24,000 nt of DNA, taken from Bacillota bacterium. GTDB taxonomy: Bacteria; Bacillota; DSM-12270; Thermacetogeniales; Thermacetogeniaceae. Of this stretch, positions 22,976 through 24,000 are shown piece by piece; within the stretch, counting starts at the first letter, position 1, and each line of letters starts with the position of its first letter. The stretch spans positions 31,395 through 55,394 of the forward strand of contig JABLXW010000015.1 of assembly GCA_013177945.1 (NCBI GenBank). Reading direction: 5' to 3'. The notes under the pieces were generated by a model. It had not been told where the DNA came from. It ran no database searches and was given only the letters and a program-made list of their open reading frames with translations. A program made the translations under genes and the position numbers.

Positions 22976-24000
22976 TGGCCGCAATAAGCTTAGCCGCTCT
23001 CAACGATGCGAAGAACTTTTCTCTTGTTGCATCAACGCTCGATGGTGCTTTGGAATCCCAGCAGAAGATGTCTCTAAAAGGGAGTTTGTAAATAGTAACC
23101 CTCTTTTTCATATTGAGTTCCCGGGCACTATTTGATTCCTGGAGATCGACTTTTTGGTGGATAATTTCCGCTCGTTCTACTGATTTAGAACTGACAACGA
23201 TTCCAATGCTGATGTTGTTGTTAAGCAAAACATTTTTATTTCCAAGAGCTTTTTGCAGCACGCTTGTATCGTGAACAATAAAAACCGGCAGGTTCGCAAA
23301 GATTTTCAGGATGAAAAGGTTATTCTCAATACACACCACCCTGTTTATTTCTTCCCATTTCCTTCTATTGCCGGCAACGAAAAAGAGGATTAAAAGAACC
23401 AGGGGAAGCAGTACGGGCTTTTCTAGCAATGGCAGGTAGGCCCCCGGGTTGCAGTATGTTCTGCTGTACCTGATGCAGTTTATCCATTTTGTTAGTGTAG
23501 TTACATGTAAATGGTTATCTAGTGCCAGCAGTTGCGGGAAACGCCCGAAGGGTGCTTTGGCAGGGGCGAGCCAGTTAGTAAAATCGGACAGCAAAGCGTC
23601 TACAGGGTGAATGCAAGAAGAGAGGTAAGCATAAAACGGAGTATCCGGTCTACAGCATTTTTTAAACAGCTGCCAAAAAGCTGCCTGGTATACTTTTTCC
23701 CAAAATACGTCAGCTGACAAACAACTATCTTTGATTCCTGGATCGAGATCTTTGGCATCAGCGCCCGTAAATACATTTTTGTGGATATTGCAGTAAGCCA
23801 GGGAATCGTTGTGTGCAATGGCGTAAGAATGAAGAATTTGCACCTGGTTAAAGGTGAGGTTGCATTCATACGCAGCTATGAAAGGGGCGTTAGGCAGATT
23901 CCAGCAGGATCTTTGTTTTGCTTGGCGGCCTCCGGGCCTCCTTCCGTTAATACATTCCGAATTTTGAAATTCCTCTGCAATTTGCAGGACAGTATGTCTT
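22932..24000 (-). CDS. Hypothetical Cys-rich protein, first visible gene of the ATPase operon, probably 5'-partial
   Basis: The ORF track starts at GTG 23843, which has no RBS. My translation of the same frame stays open to the window edge: RHTVLQIAEEFQNSECINGRRPGGRQAKQRSCWNLPNAPFIAAYECNLTFNQ-VQILHSY. It contains one hydrophobic stretch (KPVLLPLVLLILFFVAG). I recognise no motif. Confidence 0.65.
   Translation of the reverse strand, partial: RHTVLQIAEEFQNSECINGRRPGGRQAKQRSCWNLPNAPFIAAYECNLTFNQVQILHSYAIAHNDSLAYCNIHKNVFTGADAKDLDPGIKDSCLSADVFWEKVYQAAFWQLFKKCCRPDTPFYAYLSSCIHPVDALLSDFTNWLAPAKAPFGRFPQLLALDNHLHVTTLTKWINCIRYSRTYCNPGAYLPLLEKPVLLPLVLLILFFVAGNRRKWEEINRVVCIENNLFILKIFANLPVFIVHDTSVLQKALGNKNVLLNNNISIGIVVSSKSVERAEIIHQKVDLQESNSARELNMKKRVTIYKLPFRDIFCWDSKAPSSVDATREKFFASLRAAKLIAANARRGIRWRAKKIL

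Noticed and set aside
23600-23869. 89-aa minus-strand ORF
   Set aside because: It lies out of frame inside the longer open frame that continues to the window edge, and has no RBS or motif.

Overview
This 24-kb window looks like a GC-rich, spore-forming Firmicute. That is an inference from the YvrJ/DUF1659/DUF2922 and DUF1657 genes and the GGAGG-type ribosome-binding sites. All calls come from reading the translated ORFs and the DNA by eye; no database search was possible. Coordinates I derived by hand may be off by 1-2 nt.

Layout:
(1) 1-2.7 kb: exopolysaccharide genes, a Wzz-type chain-length determinant and a CapD-type dehydratase.
(2) 2.6-4.8 kb: a minus-strand operon, DUF1659-DUF2922-YvrJ-amidase-unknown.
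(3) 5.3-16.2 kb: a very dense array of small type II toxin-antitoxin-like modules. It holds 4 MNT/HEPN, 3 VapBC, 2 DUF433/DUF5615 and 1 DUF4258-like/DUF2283 module. Several toxin genes are truncated or lack a start codon. The array is interrupted by a TnpB remnant and by at least five copies of a structured 100-460 bp repeat family.
(4) 16.2-19.9 kb: gene fragments, a 2TM + Nudix-like gene pair, and HicBA.
(5) 19.9-24.0 kb: a visibly AT-richer island with a three-gene minus-strand operon. It encodes a 5'-partial unknown protein, a 245-aa unknown protein and a 762-aa coiled-coil ABC/SMC-type ATPase. The architecture is Lamassu/ABC-3C-like, but I cannot recognise the two partner proteins.

The block (5) operon is my best candidate for an undescribed system. 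The 2TM/Nudix pair and the repeat-punctuated TA array come next.
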